Notes under the pieces: generated by a model
The model's input: the letters and a program-made list of their open reading frames with translations, nothing else
What the model was told of the DNA's origin: nothing
The model's database searches: none
Source of the DNA: Dehalococcoidia bacterium
GTDB taxonomy: Bacteria > Chloroflexota > Dehalococcoidia > Bin125
Direction of reading: 5' to 3'
DNA length: 64,000 bases
Assembly (NCBI GenBank): GCA_965221065.1
Contig: OZ244861.1
Span: forward strand, 2,952,280 to 3,016,279
Program-made: the position numbers and the translations under genes
Shown: in pieces, positions 45,930 to 55,044 of the stretch
How positions within the stretch are numbered: position 1 is the first letter of the stretch
Layout: every line of letters begins with the position of its first letter

Positions 45930-46653
45930 GCGAGGTGAGGCACTGCTGCGTGAAATCCTGGACTCGTCCGAAGTGCTGATGACGCCGCAGTTGCGAAAGA
46001 TCGCACGACGAGAGGCCAAGGAGCTGAAGTCGGCGTCCGGCGAAGACGTGCTCGAACTCTGCAACCTGCTGATCGAACACGGCGGAAGCGGCCGCGTGCG
46101 ACGCCCGGAACACGGTCCGGCGTACGAGACTCGCATGGTGGCCTTCAACCTCGTATCAATGCACCGCCCAGCATTCGCGCTGTTGAACTGGCGAGAACTC
46201 GAGCGGCTGGGGCGCACCCTGGACGGCTGGGCCTCAGTCGATCACTTCGCCCGCAGACTCAGCGGTCCGGCCTGGCAACGCGGTCAGATCACCGACGCGA
46301 GAGTCCGTCGCTGGGCGACGTCATCCGACTTCTGGTGGCGACGCGCAGGGCTCGTCTCCACCATCGCTCTCAATGAGCGTCACCTCGGCAAGGGCGACGC
46401 CGCGCGGACCTTGGCAATCTGCGAGTTCTTCGTCGACGACCGCGCGGAACTGCACGTCAAGGCCCTGAGCTGGGCCTTGCGCGAGTTGGCAATCCGAGAC
46501 CCGGACGCCGTCATCGAGTACATCATCGACCGCGAAGATCGCCTCGCCCCAAGGGTGCTCCGCGAGGTGCGAAACAAGATCGAGACCGGTCACAAAATGG
46601 CCAGGCCTTCAGAAGCCATGCAACGCCGGATGCGTGAGCGTCGCCCAGACTGA
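45916..46653 (+). CDS. DNA alkylation repair (AlkD-like HEAT-repeat) protein
   Basis: WASVDHF, FWWRRAG, KALSWALREL, RVLREVRNK. TTG start after GGAG is tentative. Confidence 0.8.
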   Translation: MNASERGEALLREILDSSEVLMTPQLRKIARREAKELKSASGEDVLELCNLLIEHGGSGRVRRPEHGPAYETRMVAFNLVSMHRPAFALLNWRELERLGRTLDGWASVDHFARRLSGPAWQRGQITDARVRRWATSSDFWWRRAGLVSTIALNERHLGKGDAARTLAICEFFVDDRAELHVKALSWALRELAIRDPDAVIEYIIDREDRLAPRVLREVRNKIETGHKMARPSEAMQRRMRERRPD

Positions 46654-46711
46654 GCCACCCCGCCCGGCGTGCCCAAAAGGCGTGCTCAGACAGCGTGCTC
46701 GGAAACTGCGA

Positions 46712-48274
46712 TCAGACGCAGGTCGGCCAGCTGGCAAGCTCCCTCGTCTCGCCCCTCCGTGGTGGAATGACCGGGAAGCGTTGGAGGCTCTCCAGCAGCC
46801 AGCGGCGCGTGTCGGCAGGGTCGATGATCTCGTCGAGGTTCATGATCCCGGCCGCGCCCCAGGGCTCGTGGCCCAGGGTCCATTCGTCGATCAGCCGCTG
46901 ACGTACGGCGTCGGGCTCGGCGGCTTCGGCGATTTCGCGTGCATGGACCACGTTCACGCCGACCCCGGGATCCATGAAAGAAATCTCCGCTCCGGGCCAT
47001 GCCGTGATTAGTGAGTTGTCCATGCTGTTGCCCGACAGGGAGAAGTACGCCAGCCCGAACGCCTTGCGCAGCACAACCGTCATCCGAGGGACCGTCATCT
47101 GGCCCAGCGCTTCCATGAACATGATTGCCTTGTTGAGCAGACGCGCATGCTCGGGCTGCGAGCCGACGATGAAGCCCGGCACATCCTGCAACCAGACCGT
47201 GGGGATGTTGAATGACTCGCACATGCACACGAACTGCGTGCCCTTGTCGCACGTGTTGGGGTCCAGTGCGCCCGCGTTGAACATCGGGTTGCTGGCCATG
47301 ATCCCGACCGAGTGACCGCCGATCCGGGCCAGGGCAGTGATCAAGGAACGACCGAAGCGCGGCTTGAACTCAAGCATGTCACCGTCGTCCACGATCCGCT
47401 GGATCACGCGGTGCATGTCGTACGCGCGCTGGCGACGCGTGGGTACGAGGTCGGCGATCCTGGGGTCGGGCTCGGCGTACTCGTACCCCTCGCGAATCGG
47501 AGGCAGTTCCCAGCAGTTCGACGGCAAGTACGAGAGAAACTGCTTGATCTGCTCAACCGCCTCCTCCTCTGTCTCCGCCGACTGGTCGATCTGACCGGTC
47601 AAATCGAGATGGATGTCGACCCCGCCCAGATCCTGCAGCGTGATCAACTCGCCCGTGGCGATCTCAATCACGCGGGGCGACGAAACGTTGAGCGCAGATC
47701 CTCGCACCTGGACGGTGAAGTCCGAGTAGGCGCTGTGGAAGCTGGAACCCCCGAACGACTCGCCAACGATCGCCGTCGCCATCGGAATCCGGCGGCGCCG
47801 TCGCGCGGATTCTATGCCCGGTGGGATCTTGCTGAAACCCTCCGAGCCGAGCGCGTCCGGCAGGCGGGCGCCTCCAGTCTCACCGAAGTAGACATGGGGC
47901 ACGCCCTGCTTGAGCGAATGCTCATAGATGCGCTTCATGCGCTTCCCGCCGACCACTGACGATGATCCGTGCAGCACCGTGACGTCGTCGCCAACCGCGG
48001 TCGCGGGACGTCCGTCGATCGTTCCCCACCCGCCGATCTTGCCGTCGCCGGGTGTCCGTTCGCGCACTCCCTCCTGTTCGGAGAAGGCAAAGGTCCCGAT
48101 CTCGCGGAAGCTGCCCGCTTCAAACAGCTTGTCCAGGCGCTCGCGTATCGTCAGCCGACCCTTGGCATGCTGGCGGGCGATGCGCTCGGTCGAGCCCATC
48201 TCCGAAACGATCTTCTGCCGCCGCATCAGGAGGTCTTCGCGGAATTGCTGCGGAGTGAGCGGGTTGACGGCCAT
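46712..48274 (-). CDS. Acyl-CoA carboxylase carboxyltransferase subunit
   Basis: GRLTIRERL, TGGARL, LGG...H, QDVPGF, RKAFG, DEIIDPADTR. Start ATG 48274. Confidence 0.9.
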   Translation of the reverse strand: MAVNPLTPQQFREDLLMRRQKIVSEMGSTERIARQHAKGRLTIRERLDKLFEAGSFREIGTFAFSEQEGVRERTPGDGKIGGWGTIDGRPATAVGDDVTVLHGSSSVVGGKRMKRIYEHSLKQGVPHVYFGETGGARLPDALGSEGFSKIPPGIESARRRRRIPMATAIVGESFGGSSFHSAYSDFTVQVRGSALNVSSPRVIEIATGELITLQDLGGVDIHLDLTGQIDQSAETEEEAVEQIKQFLSYLPSNCWELPPIREGYEYAEPDPRIADLVPTRRQRAYDMHRVIQRIVDDGDMLEFKPRFGRSLITALARIGGHSVGIMASNPMFNAGALDPNTCDKGTQFVCMCESFNIPTVWLQDVPGFIVGSQPEHARLLNKAIMFMEALGQMTVPRMTVVLRKAFGLAYFSLSGNSMDNSLITAWPGAEISFMDPGVGVNVVHAREIAEAAEPDAVRQRLIDEWTLGHEPWGAAGIMNLDEIIDPADTRRWLLESLQRFPVIPPRRGETRELASWPTCV

Positions 48275-48353
48275 GCGGGACTCCTGTGGGATACGACGGT
48301 CGGACGGGGGCGGGCCTGGTTCGCAGTGACGATATCGGCTGGCCGGGGTAGGT

Positions 48354-51329
48354 TCACTCAGCCGGTTCAGACAATGGCGGCAGCACAACCGGTTCTGCGT
48401 CCCCGCTGGCGGTTCGAAGAATGTATGACTCCGCCACCTCGACTCCCGTCGCGCCGAGCATCGAGGCGTAGTGCTGCACTTGGCGCTCGTACGCGTCCCG
48501 TCGTTCCGGCGGAATGTACTTGTCGGACTTGTAGTCGACGAGAACCCAACCGGCCTCATCACGGAAGAGCAGATCGGCAACTCCTTCCGTGATCGTCGTC
48601 TCTGACCCGTCTGTCTCAATCGTGGCCAGCGGCAGCTCTCGATGAACAACGTCGGACTCTGCCGCCCGCCGGATCAGGGGCGAGGCAAGACACCGCTCGA
48701 CATGTTCGAGAACTGGTTCGGCCGGGATGCGGTGTCTGCGGCAGATGCGCCGCGTTCGTTGCCGGCTGACATCGAGATCGTCGAAGTCGGCAGCTTCCAG
48801 CGATTCGTGAACAGCCTGGCCGAAATCGAGCGGATCGATCGACGAGTCCACGCGAACGGCGTCGCCGGCATCCATCTCAGGCTCGTCCGACCAGTCGACG
48901 TGATGCGCTTGCGAGGGCGTCAGCGTCCTGATCGTTCGCATCGCACCCGATACGCCGGCTTCGTGCCGCTCAAGCCATTGTTCCCGTAGATCCTCGACCG
49001 GCGGGACGTGGAGTTCAATCGGTGGCGCCGGAACGGCATCGAACGCTCGCGGAGAGAGAACGAGGACGTTTGGATCTGCATCCCGAGCGAGCCAGTCCGG
49101 CGCGGCCTCGTCGATGAACGTGTGGAACGACTCTCGTCGCGAAATGCTCTCGGCCGGATACGACGGCAGGATCAACCAGTCGCGAGCCCGAGTCGCCGCC
49201 ACATAGAGCATGCGTCGCGCCTCGGCGTCGGAGTAGGCGCGGTCCCGGAGCTGTGCGGCGGCGTAGCCCGGCGTAAGGAACGGCGTACGGTCCTCGCCCA
49301 GCTTGAACTCCAGCCGCTCGTTGACTCGGTCAACGATGAAGTCACGACCGAACGCTGGCTGGTCTTGCAGCTTGGGCACGATCACGATCGCGAACTCAAG
49401 CCCCTTGGCCTGGTGGATCGTCAGGATGCGAACCGCGTCATCGTCGGCCTCGGTCGTCGGTGACTCGGACTCGGGCAGGTTGCGCACGCCGCGCTGTGAC
49501 AGCCAGCGGACGAACGGACGCAGGCTGTCGTCTTCGTTGTCGGAGAAGTGCGCCGCGCGCTGAACCAGCATGCGCAGGTTGGCCTGACGCTGACGCATCT
49601 GTGCCGAGCGACCGCCGACCGCCTGGGCAACGAGCAGCCCCGACGCTCGGATCACGTGGTCGATCAGCTCCGGCAGGCTCAGTCTGCGCAGATCCTGCCG
49701 CAGGCCGGCGAGGTCGGCGATCGGCTCCTGCAACCGGCCTCCGTACTCATCTGGAAGGAGCTCGTCGGCAAGCAGGATCGGCTGGTCCCCGAGTGCATCG
49801 CGCAGTTGGAGCAGTTCGTCATCCGACGCAGCGACGAGTGCTGACTTGAGCACCGCGATGGCCGCCGCCTGGTCGGTCGGATCGTCGAGGGCTTGTAGCA
49901 GGTGAGCGACGGCGCGAATCTCAGGTTGCTGGTAGAAGCCCTGGCCGCTGTCGAAGTGATACGGGATGCCGGCCTGGTCGAGCGCGGCGGTGTAGAGATC
50001 TGCCCCGGTGCGTGTGCGCACGAGCATCGCGATGTCGCGGTACTGCGGAGCCTGCACCTCTCGGTCGTGCGGAAGTTGACCCAGCGCGGAAGCGCCCTCG
50101 TGCATATGGCCAATCAGATTTGCGATCAGTCGTGCTTCAGCGCCTCTGGCCTCGGGAGCGCGGTCGAATGTGCGATTGCTGGGAATCACGGCGACGGCCG
50201 GTCCACCCTCCGTTCGGTGCGGCGAAGTCGACTCCCAGCGAGCCTGCGCTCGGGGATAGTCCTCGTTTGACTTGAGCACGCGGGCGACGACGCGGTTCTG
50301 CCACTCAATGAGCTGCGGCCGCGCGCGGAAGTTCACGGTCAGGCTCGCCGTTGCGCACGTCTCGGGAGCGGCCCGGAATATGTTCCGCACCTGCTCGTAG
50401 ATGTCGATGTCTGCCCGCCGGAACCGGTAGATCGATTGCTTGGGGTCACCGGCCAGCACAAGACGTCCCGGTCCCGGTCGCGCCTCGGTCCAGTCCGCGG
50501 TGTCCGGCTCCGACGCCAGCAGCAGTGCGATCTGTGCTTGCAGCGGATCGGTGTCCTGGAACTCGTCTATCAGGACGGCCCGAAATCGCTCGCGCAGTTC
50601 GTGCCGCGCCTCTGCCGAGCGGACCAGCAGGTCCCGAGCCTCCAGCAGCAGGTCGTCATACGTCAGGACGCCCTCCTCCCGCCGCTGCGCCGCGTCCTGT
50701 GCGATGAAATCTTGCAAGGCGTCGCTGAGATCTGCCAGCGCCGAGTCGCGCTGCCGTTGATCCGGCGCGAGGTCGTCTTCGGATTCCGCGATCTGCCCCA
50801 ACCACTGCAGATCGCGATTGCGAGACAGTTGCTCGGCGGCGAACTGAAGTTCGCCCAGTTCGAGACCGAGGTCGAGGATGCGCTGCAAGGGTTCCTGGGG
50901 CGCCGACCCGCCCCACAGCCAGGTGCGCCATGACTGTGCGAATCTGAGGTCGGCCTGAAGCTGGTCGAGGACGCGGAAGTCGGGGTCAAGCCCGGCATCG
51001 ATCGCCCGGCTTCGCAGGATGTCCGAGGCGAAGGCGTGGATCGTCTGGATGTGAGCCGCATCGACATCGCGCAGGGCGTCGTGCAGACCAGCAATCGCAA
51101 GTTCGGACCGAATGCGCTCGCGCAGCTCTCCCGCGGCCTTCTCCGTGAATGTGATCGCGACGATCTCGGACAACGACCGTCCGCTGCGCACGAGGTTGAC
51201 CACACGCGCGACGATCACCGAGGTCTTGCCCGAGCCCGCTCCGGCCTCTAGGAAGAACGAAGTGGACAGCTCATTGACGAATCGCTCGCGCACATTCCGG
51301 TCGGCGGGAGCACGTTCAGGCGGGGTCAT
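48354..51329 (-). CDS. addA: AddA-like UvrD helicase-nuclease
   Basis: AGAGSGKT, TFTEKAA, DEFQD, GDPKQSIYRFR, HQAKGLEF, YVAATRA, GVADLL...VDYK. Confidence 0.9.
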   Translation of the reverse strand: MTPPERAPADRNVRERFVNELSTSFFLEAGAGSGKTSVIVARVVNLVRSGRSLSEIVAITFTEKAAGELRERIRSELAIAGLHDALRDVDAAHIQTIHAFASDILRSRAIDAGLDPDFRVLDQLQADLRFAQSWRTWLWGGSAPQEPLQRILDLGLELGELQFAAEQLSRNRDLQWLGQIAESEDDLAPDQRQRDSALADLSDALQDFIAQDAAQRREEGVLTYDDLLLEARDLLVRSAEARHELRERFRAVLIDEFQDTDPLQAQIALLLASEPDTADWTEARPGPGRLVLAGDPKQSIYRFRRADIDIYEQVRNIFRAAPETCATASLTVNFRARPQLIEWQNRVVARVLKSNEDYPRAQARWESTSPHRTEGGPAVAVIPSNRTFDRAPEARGAEARLIANLIGHMHEGASALGQLPHDREVQAPQYRDIAMLVRTRTGADLYTAALDQAGIPYHFDSGQGFYQQPEIRAVAHLLQALDDPTDQAAAIAVLKSALVAASDDELLQLRDALGDQPILLADELLPDEYGGRLQEPIADLAGLRQDLRRLSLPELIDHVIRASGLLVAQAVGGRSAQMRQRQANLRMLVQRAAHFSDNEDDSLRPFVRWLSQRGVRNLPESESPTTEADDDAVRILTIHQAKGLEFAIVIVPKLQDQPAFGRDFIVDRVNERLEFKLGEDRTPFLTPGYAAAQLRDRAYSDAEARRMLYVAATRARDWLILPSYPAESISRRESFHTFIDEAAPDWLARDADPNVLVLSPRAFDAVPAPPIELHVPPVEDLREQWLERHEAGVSGAMRTIRTLTPSQAHHVDWSDEPEMDAGDAVRVDSSIDPLDFGQAVHESLEAADFDDLDVSRQRTRRICRRHRIPAEPVLEHVERCLASPLIRRAAESDVVHRELPLATIETDGSETTITEGVADLLFRDEAGWVLVDYKSDKYIPPERRDAYERQVQHYASMLGATGVEVAESYILRTASGDAEPVVLPPLSEPAE

Positions 51330-54300
51330 ACGCGCTGCCGTCGCAGGGTCTCGAGCGACCGCACCAGATCAGCATTCTGCCGCGACTTGTGCTGGTAGCG
51401 GAGACCGATGTCGGCCGTACAAGACGACTCGACCGGACACCGTGCGCAGTTCGGCCGGTCGCGCGTTGGATTGCCGGGACAGGCGATGAAGTGCCCGGCC
51501 TCCAGTTGATCCGCGATCGTCGCCAGCACGTCCCGCAGACGTTCGCCATCGCTGGGCGCGCCGCGTCCACCGGCGCCGGTCAAGGCCTCCCCGCGCAGCG
51601 TCTGCGACTCGAAGTTGCCCCGATGCGTCACCGATCGATGCTCGACCTCGGCTTGCGCGATCGGTACCCCTCGCTGTGTCAGGGCGCTCAGCGCAGCGAC
51701 CGACAGGAACGATGAACCGTTGACGAATCCGCGCACATCAGGCAGCGACCGACCGGTGAAAAAGGACAGCGCTCGTTGACGCCCGCCCGCGTGCTCGTCG
51801 ATCCGGTGAATCAGTCCGCGTAATCGAATCTCCCGACCTCCGGCGACCCGAATCGGCGCATCATCGAAGCTGACATTGACCTCAAGCGGGCGCCAACCCT
51901 CGCGCGCGTCCGCAGCCTCGCGTCTCCGAGCGCGATCGAGATCACCGAGCGTCTCGTTGCGGATCGACGAGACGACCGCGGTCGGCCCCAGCAGCCCGGC
52001 CTCCGCGGCGTGGTCGAGGATGCGCCGCGCAATCGTGCCCATAAACTGTGGGGCGTCCGCGTATTCGTACCAGGTGTGGTCGGACTTGTAATGCTCGTAC
52101 TCCCGAACCCAACTCGACAGGATCTGCCGGACGATGCGCCCGTGAGCGTCCCGTCGAGGCCGGTCTGGCCGTCCGCCCTCCACGCTCCCGCCGACTCCAA
52201 CGATCTGCATCAGGAAAAAGCGGTACGGACAGACGACAAACGTCTCCAGATCGCCCGCGCTCCAGGATCGATCGAGCGGTCGCCAGTCTTCGGGCAACTC
52301 AGATTCCTTCAGCAGGCCGTCGAATTCTGTGAACCGGGGAGCGTTGCGCTGCAACCGCGCCTGCTCGGCCGGCTCGGCCCCGGGCCACATCTCCGCCAGC
52401 ACCGCGCGGATGTCGACCCGTGATTCCGACAACACCTCGAGGTCGAAGCTGCGCTCATCAGGGACGTCGAGAACGCGGTCCAACCCCCGATCGCCGCCCT
52501 CCTCCGAAGTCCTTGAGGCCAACGGCGCAGCATTTGAGATTCGCTCGATCCGGCCCTGTTCGGCGAGCGCGGCTTCACTCTGCATCACACTTGAACCATC
52601 CTCGCCGCTGCTGGCAGACTCGAGGATCAAAGACGAGGCGCGTGCCGGACCGCCCGTCGCACTGCTGCGCCGGCTCCACGACGCGGTGAACTGATCCGTC
52701 GCCGCTCGACGCATCAGTGCCCAGGCGTGGCGATCGCTGTCGCCACGGTCCCGCTGCAGCGCGAGTGCATCGGGAATCCTGGCGTTGATCGCCGTTCGTT
52801 CGTCATCGGTGAGCAACGGGTCCTCGCGTCCGACCGCGGGGAACACCCGCTCGGCGACGCCGGCCGCAAAGATCGCCCGGTAGCGGATGCCGCGCGCCGG
52901 TCCGGTCGCGGCCCCGACGTTCACGCCGCCGATCAGCCGGCGAGGGTCGCGAACGACCCGGGAACTGAACGCCCGATTGATCGCGGCCAATCCGCCGCGA
53001 GCCGACCAGGGCGTGTCCAGAGCGTCGTTTCCCGCCAACTGCTCGAGGACATCGCGCGCCGCAAGCATTAGGGCATGCTGTTCCGACTCCTCGTCCGCTT
53101 CCGGCGCGACATAGTCGTCGAAGGCGTCGAGCAGCGTGTCGCTGGCTTCGCCCCACGAGCTCGCCTCTGCCAGCTCCCGACCGCGCTCGCTCAGATCTCC
53201 GAGCAGGTGGGCGAAGTCGGCCGCCTCGTCCGACGGGCTCGACTCCTGCCAGCGATCCAGTCGCTCGCGCATCTGGTAGAGCCCACGCCCGAGGCCCGAG
53301 TCCAATGCAACCCGCTCCCAGCTTCCCATTCGCCGATCCACCCCGACCAGCCCATCCCGCAGAGCCCGATGCGAAAGCCAGTCCAGCAGCGCGCCCCGTT
53401 CGACGGACTCGGGATCAAGCAGCACCCGGGTCAGCGACGTAGACGCATGTCCGACCGGCGTCCGTGCGAGCTGCCGTCCCCCGATCCGCCAGCTCGGGAC
53501 GCCGGCGCGCTCCAACGCGGCGCAGATCCGATCGTCGGCCGCGGCGCCTTGCTGATGCAAAACGGCGACCCGGTGGAACGGCACCTGCTCCCGTCCCAGC
53601 TGGAGGATTCTCGCCGCGATCTCGTCGGCTTCGTCGGTCGGATCGCCGACGCTGAAGTACCCGTCCTCGGCCAACGCTTGAGGCGCGAGCGAGGAACGAA
53701 TGACGTTTGGGCTGAGCTCTCGCTGAAGCGTCGCCAGCGTGTGTGCGGCGGGCGACGCGGTGTCCTCCGACGGCAGCACGAGCAGCATGCGGACGCTCGT
53801 CGACTCCGCCAGCCGGGCCAGCAGGAGACGTTGGATGCGGGTCAGGTCATAGACACCCGAAACCAACAGCGGCGCGCCGCCGAGCGCTTCGCGGAATGCA
53901 TCAGGAGGTGTCGACCCGCCCACCGCATCCTCGTAACGCGATGTCCGGTCGGCGCATTCGCGAACGAGCTCGCGCCAGGCAGCGAAGATGCGCTTCAGAT
54001 CGCCGTCGGGAAGGTCGTCCGGCGAGAGCGCAGCCTCGCGCAAATCTGTGAGCGTGCGCAGAACGGCTGTCGGGATCCCCGGCGCGTCCGGGTTGAGCCG
54101 TTCGAGTGGGATCGAGCGCAGCATTCGGCTGACCGCCGCGAGCTCGGCCCCGGGAGGCCAGGCCTGGCGTGGTGGGGCATCTCCGAGCTGTACCGCCGCA
54201 CCGGCGAGGTCCACAGGAGTGAACCCGTACACGGCCGCCAACGCGCCGCCATTCGCTTCGCTGAGCATGCGCTGCGCAGACAGTCGTTGCAGCGCCGAGC

Positions 54301-54409
54301 CGTGGAGGATGTTGAGTCGTTCCAGCGGCCCGGAGCGCGCCGAGACGAGTTGGCGCAGTCGAAGATCGTTGGCGGAAGGATCCGGCAGAATCTCAATCGT
54401 CAGCGGCAT
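51326..54409 (-). CDS. addB: AddB-like subunit with Fe-S Cys but a degenerate nuclease motif
   Basis: Inactive-helicase-like N-terminus, CPYRFF and CARCP...C; overlaps addA by 4 nt. Confidence 0.8.
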   Translation of the reverse strand: MPLTIEILPDPSANDLRLRQLVSARSGPLERLNILHGSALQRLSAQRMLSEANGGALAAVYGFTPVDLAGAAVQLGDAPPRQAWPPGAELAAVSRMLRSIPLERLNPDAPGIPTAVLRTLTDLREAALSPDDLPDGDLKRIFAAWRELVRECADRTSRYEDAVGGSTPPDAFREALGGAPLLVSGVYDLTRIQRLLLARLAESTSVRMLLVLPSEDTASPAAHTLATLQRELSPNVIRSSLAPQALAEDGYFSVGDPTDEADEIAARILQLGREQVPFHRVAVLHQQGAAADDRICAALERAGVPSWRIGGRQLARTPVGHASTSLTRVLLDPESVERGALLDWLSHRALRDGLVGVDRRMGSWERVALDSGLGRGLYQMRERLDRWQESSPSDEAADFAHLLGDLSERGRELAEASSWGEASDTLLDAFDDYVAPEADEESEQHALMLAARDVLEQLAGNDALDTPWSARGGLAAINRAFSSRVVRDPRRLIGGVNVGAATGPARGIRYRAIFAAGVAERVFPAVGREDPLLTDDERTAINARIPDALALQRDRGDSDRHAWALMRRAATDQFTASWSRRSSATGGPARASSLILESASSGEDGSSVMQSEAALAEQGRIERISNAAPLASRTSEEGGDRGLDRVLDVPDERSFDLEVLSESRVDIRAVLAEMWPGAEPAEQARLQRNAPRFTEFDGLLKESELPEDWRPLDRSWSAGDLETFVVCPYRFFLMQIVGVGGSVEGGRPDRPRRDAHGRIVRQILSSWVREYEHYKSDHTWYEYADAPQFMGTIARRILDHAAEAGLLGPTAVVSSIRNETLGDLDRARRREAADAREGWRPLEVNVSFDDAPIRVAGGREIRLRGLIHRIDEHAGGRQRALSFFTGRSLPDVRGFVNGSSFLSVAALSALTQRGVPIAQAEVEHRSVTHRGNFESQTLRGEALTGAGGRGAPSDGERLRDVLATIADQLEAGHFIACPGNPTRDRPNCARCPVESSCTADIGLRYQHKSRQNADLVRSLETLRRQRV

Positions 54410-54474
54410 GGGTCGTCAGGGTAGTCGTGCCAGTTGCGTTAAACGCATGAAGCGGGGGCCGCTCTTGCGAGCTG

Positions 54475-54510
54475 CCCCCGCCCCAACCGGTCCCCGCGGA
54501 GGGGGATGGG
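54475..54510 (-). repeat. REP-like element, type B (degenerate)
   Basis: Reverse complement cccatccccctccgcggggaccggttggggcggggg. Confidence 0.4.
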
Positions 54511-54554
54511 CCGTCGGTCCGCCGCCTGCCCAATGCCTGAGCAGCGGCAGGCTG

Positions 54555-54893
54555 CTAGACGGCGGCCGGTCCCCGTTCACGGGTGCGTACGCGGACCGCG
54601 TCCTGGACGTCAAGCACAAAGATCTTGCCGTCGCCGATCTGGCCGCTGGCCGCGTTCTCGACAATCGCGTCAATCACGTCGTCCAACGGCGTCGTGTTGA
54701 TCACGATTTCGATCTTGATCTTGGGCAGGTAGTCGACCTGCACCTGCTGTCCGCGAAACTCCTGGACCACGCCCTTCTGGGCGCCCCGTCCGCGAACTTC
54801 CGAGATGGTCATCGAGACAATCCCGATGGCCTCGAGCGCCGTGCGAACGACCGACAGTCGCTCCGGCCGGATGATGGCGATCACCATTTTCAT
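54555..54893 (-). CDS. glnK: P-II nitrogen regulator
   Basis: 112 aa, AIIRP, GAQKG, LPKIKIE, GDGKIF; downstream of amt. Confidence 0.93.
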   Translation of the reverse strand: MKMVIAIIRPERLSVVRTALEAIGIVSMTISEVRGRGAQKGVVQEFRGQQVQVDYLPKIKIEIVINTTPLDDVIDAIVENAASGQIGDGKIFVLDVQDAVRVRTRERGPAAV

Positions 54894-54978
54894 GATCGGT
54901 TGCCTTTCCTGTTTCTGCTCCCCGCTCCCCGAGGGAGAAGGGCGCCTCTATTGTGCCGGTTCCCACGCTGCCCTTTCG

Positions 54979-55030
54979 CTCTCCCCCCGCCGCAGCGGGG
55001 GGAGATGTCCCGAAGGGACAGAAGGGGGGC
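54979..55030 (+). repeat. REP-like double-hairpin element, type A
   Basis: ctctccccccgccgcagcggggggagatgtcccgaagggacagaaggggggc; a type B hairpin lies at 54920-54942. Confidence 0.8.
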
Positions 55031-55044
55031 ACGCCGACGTTGCC

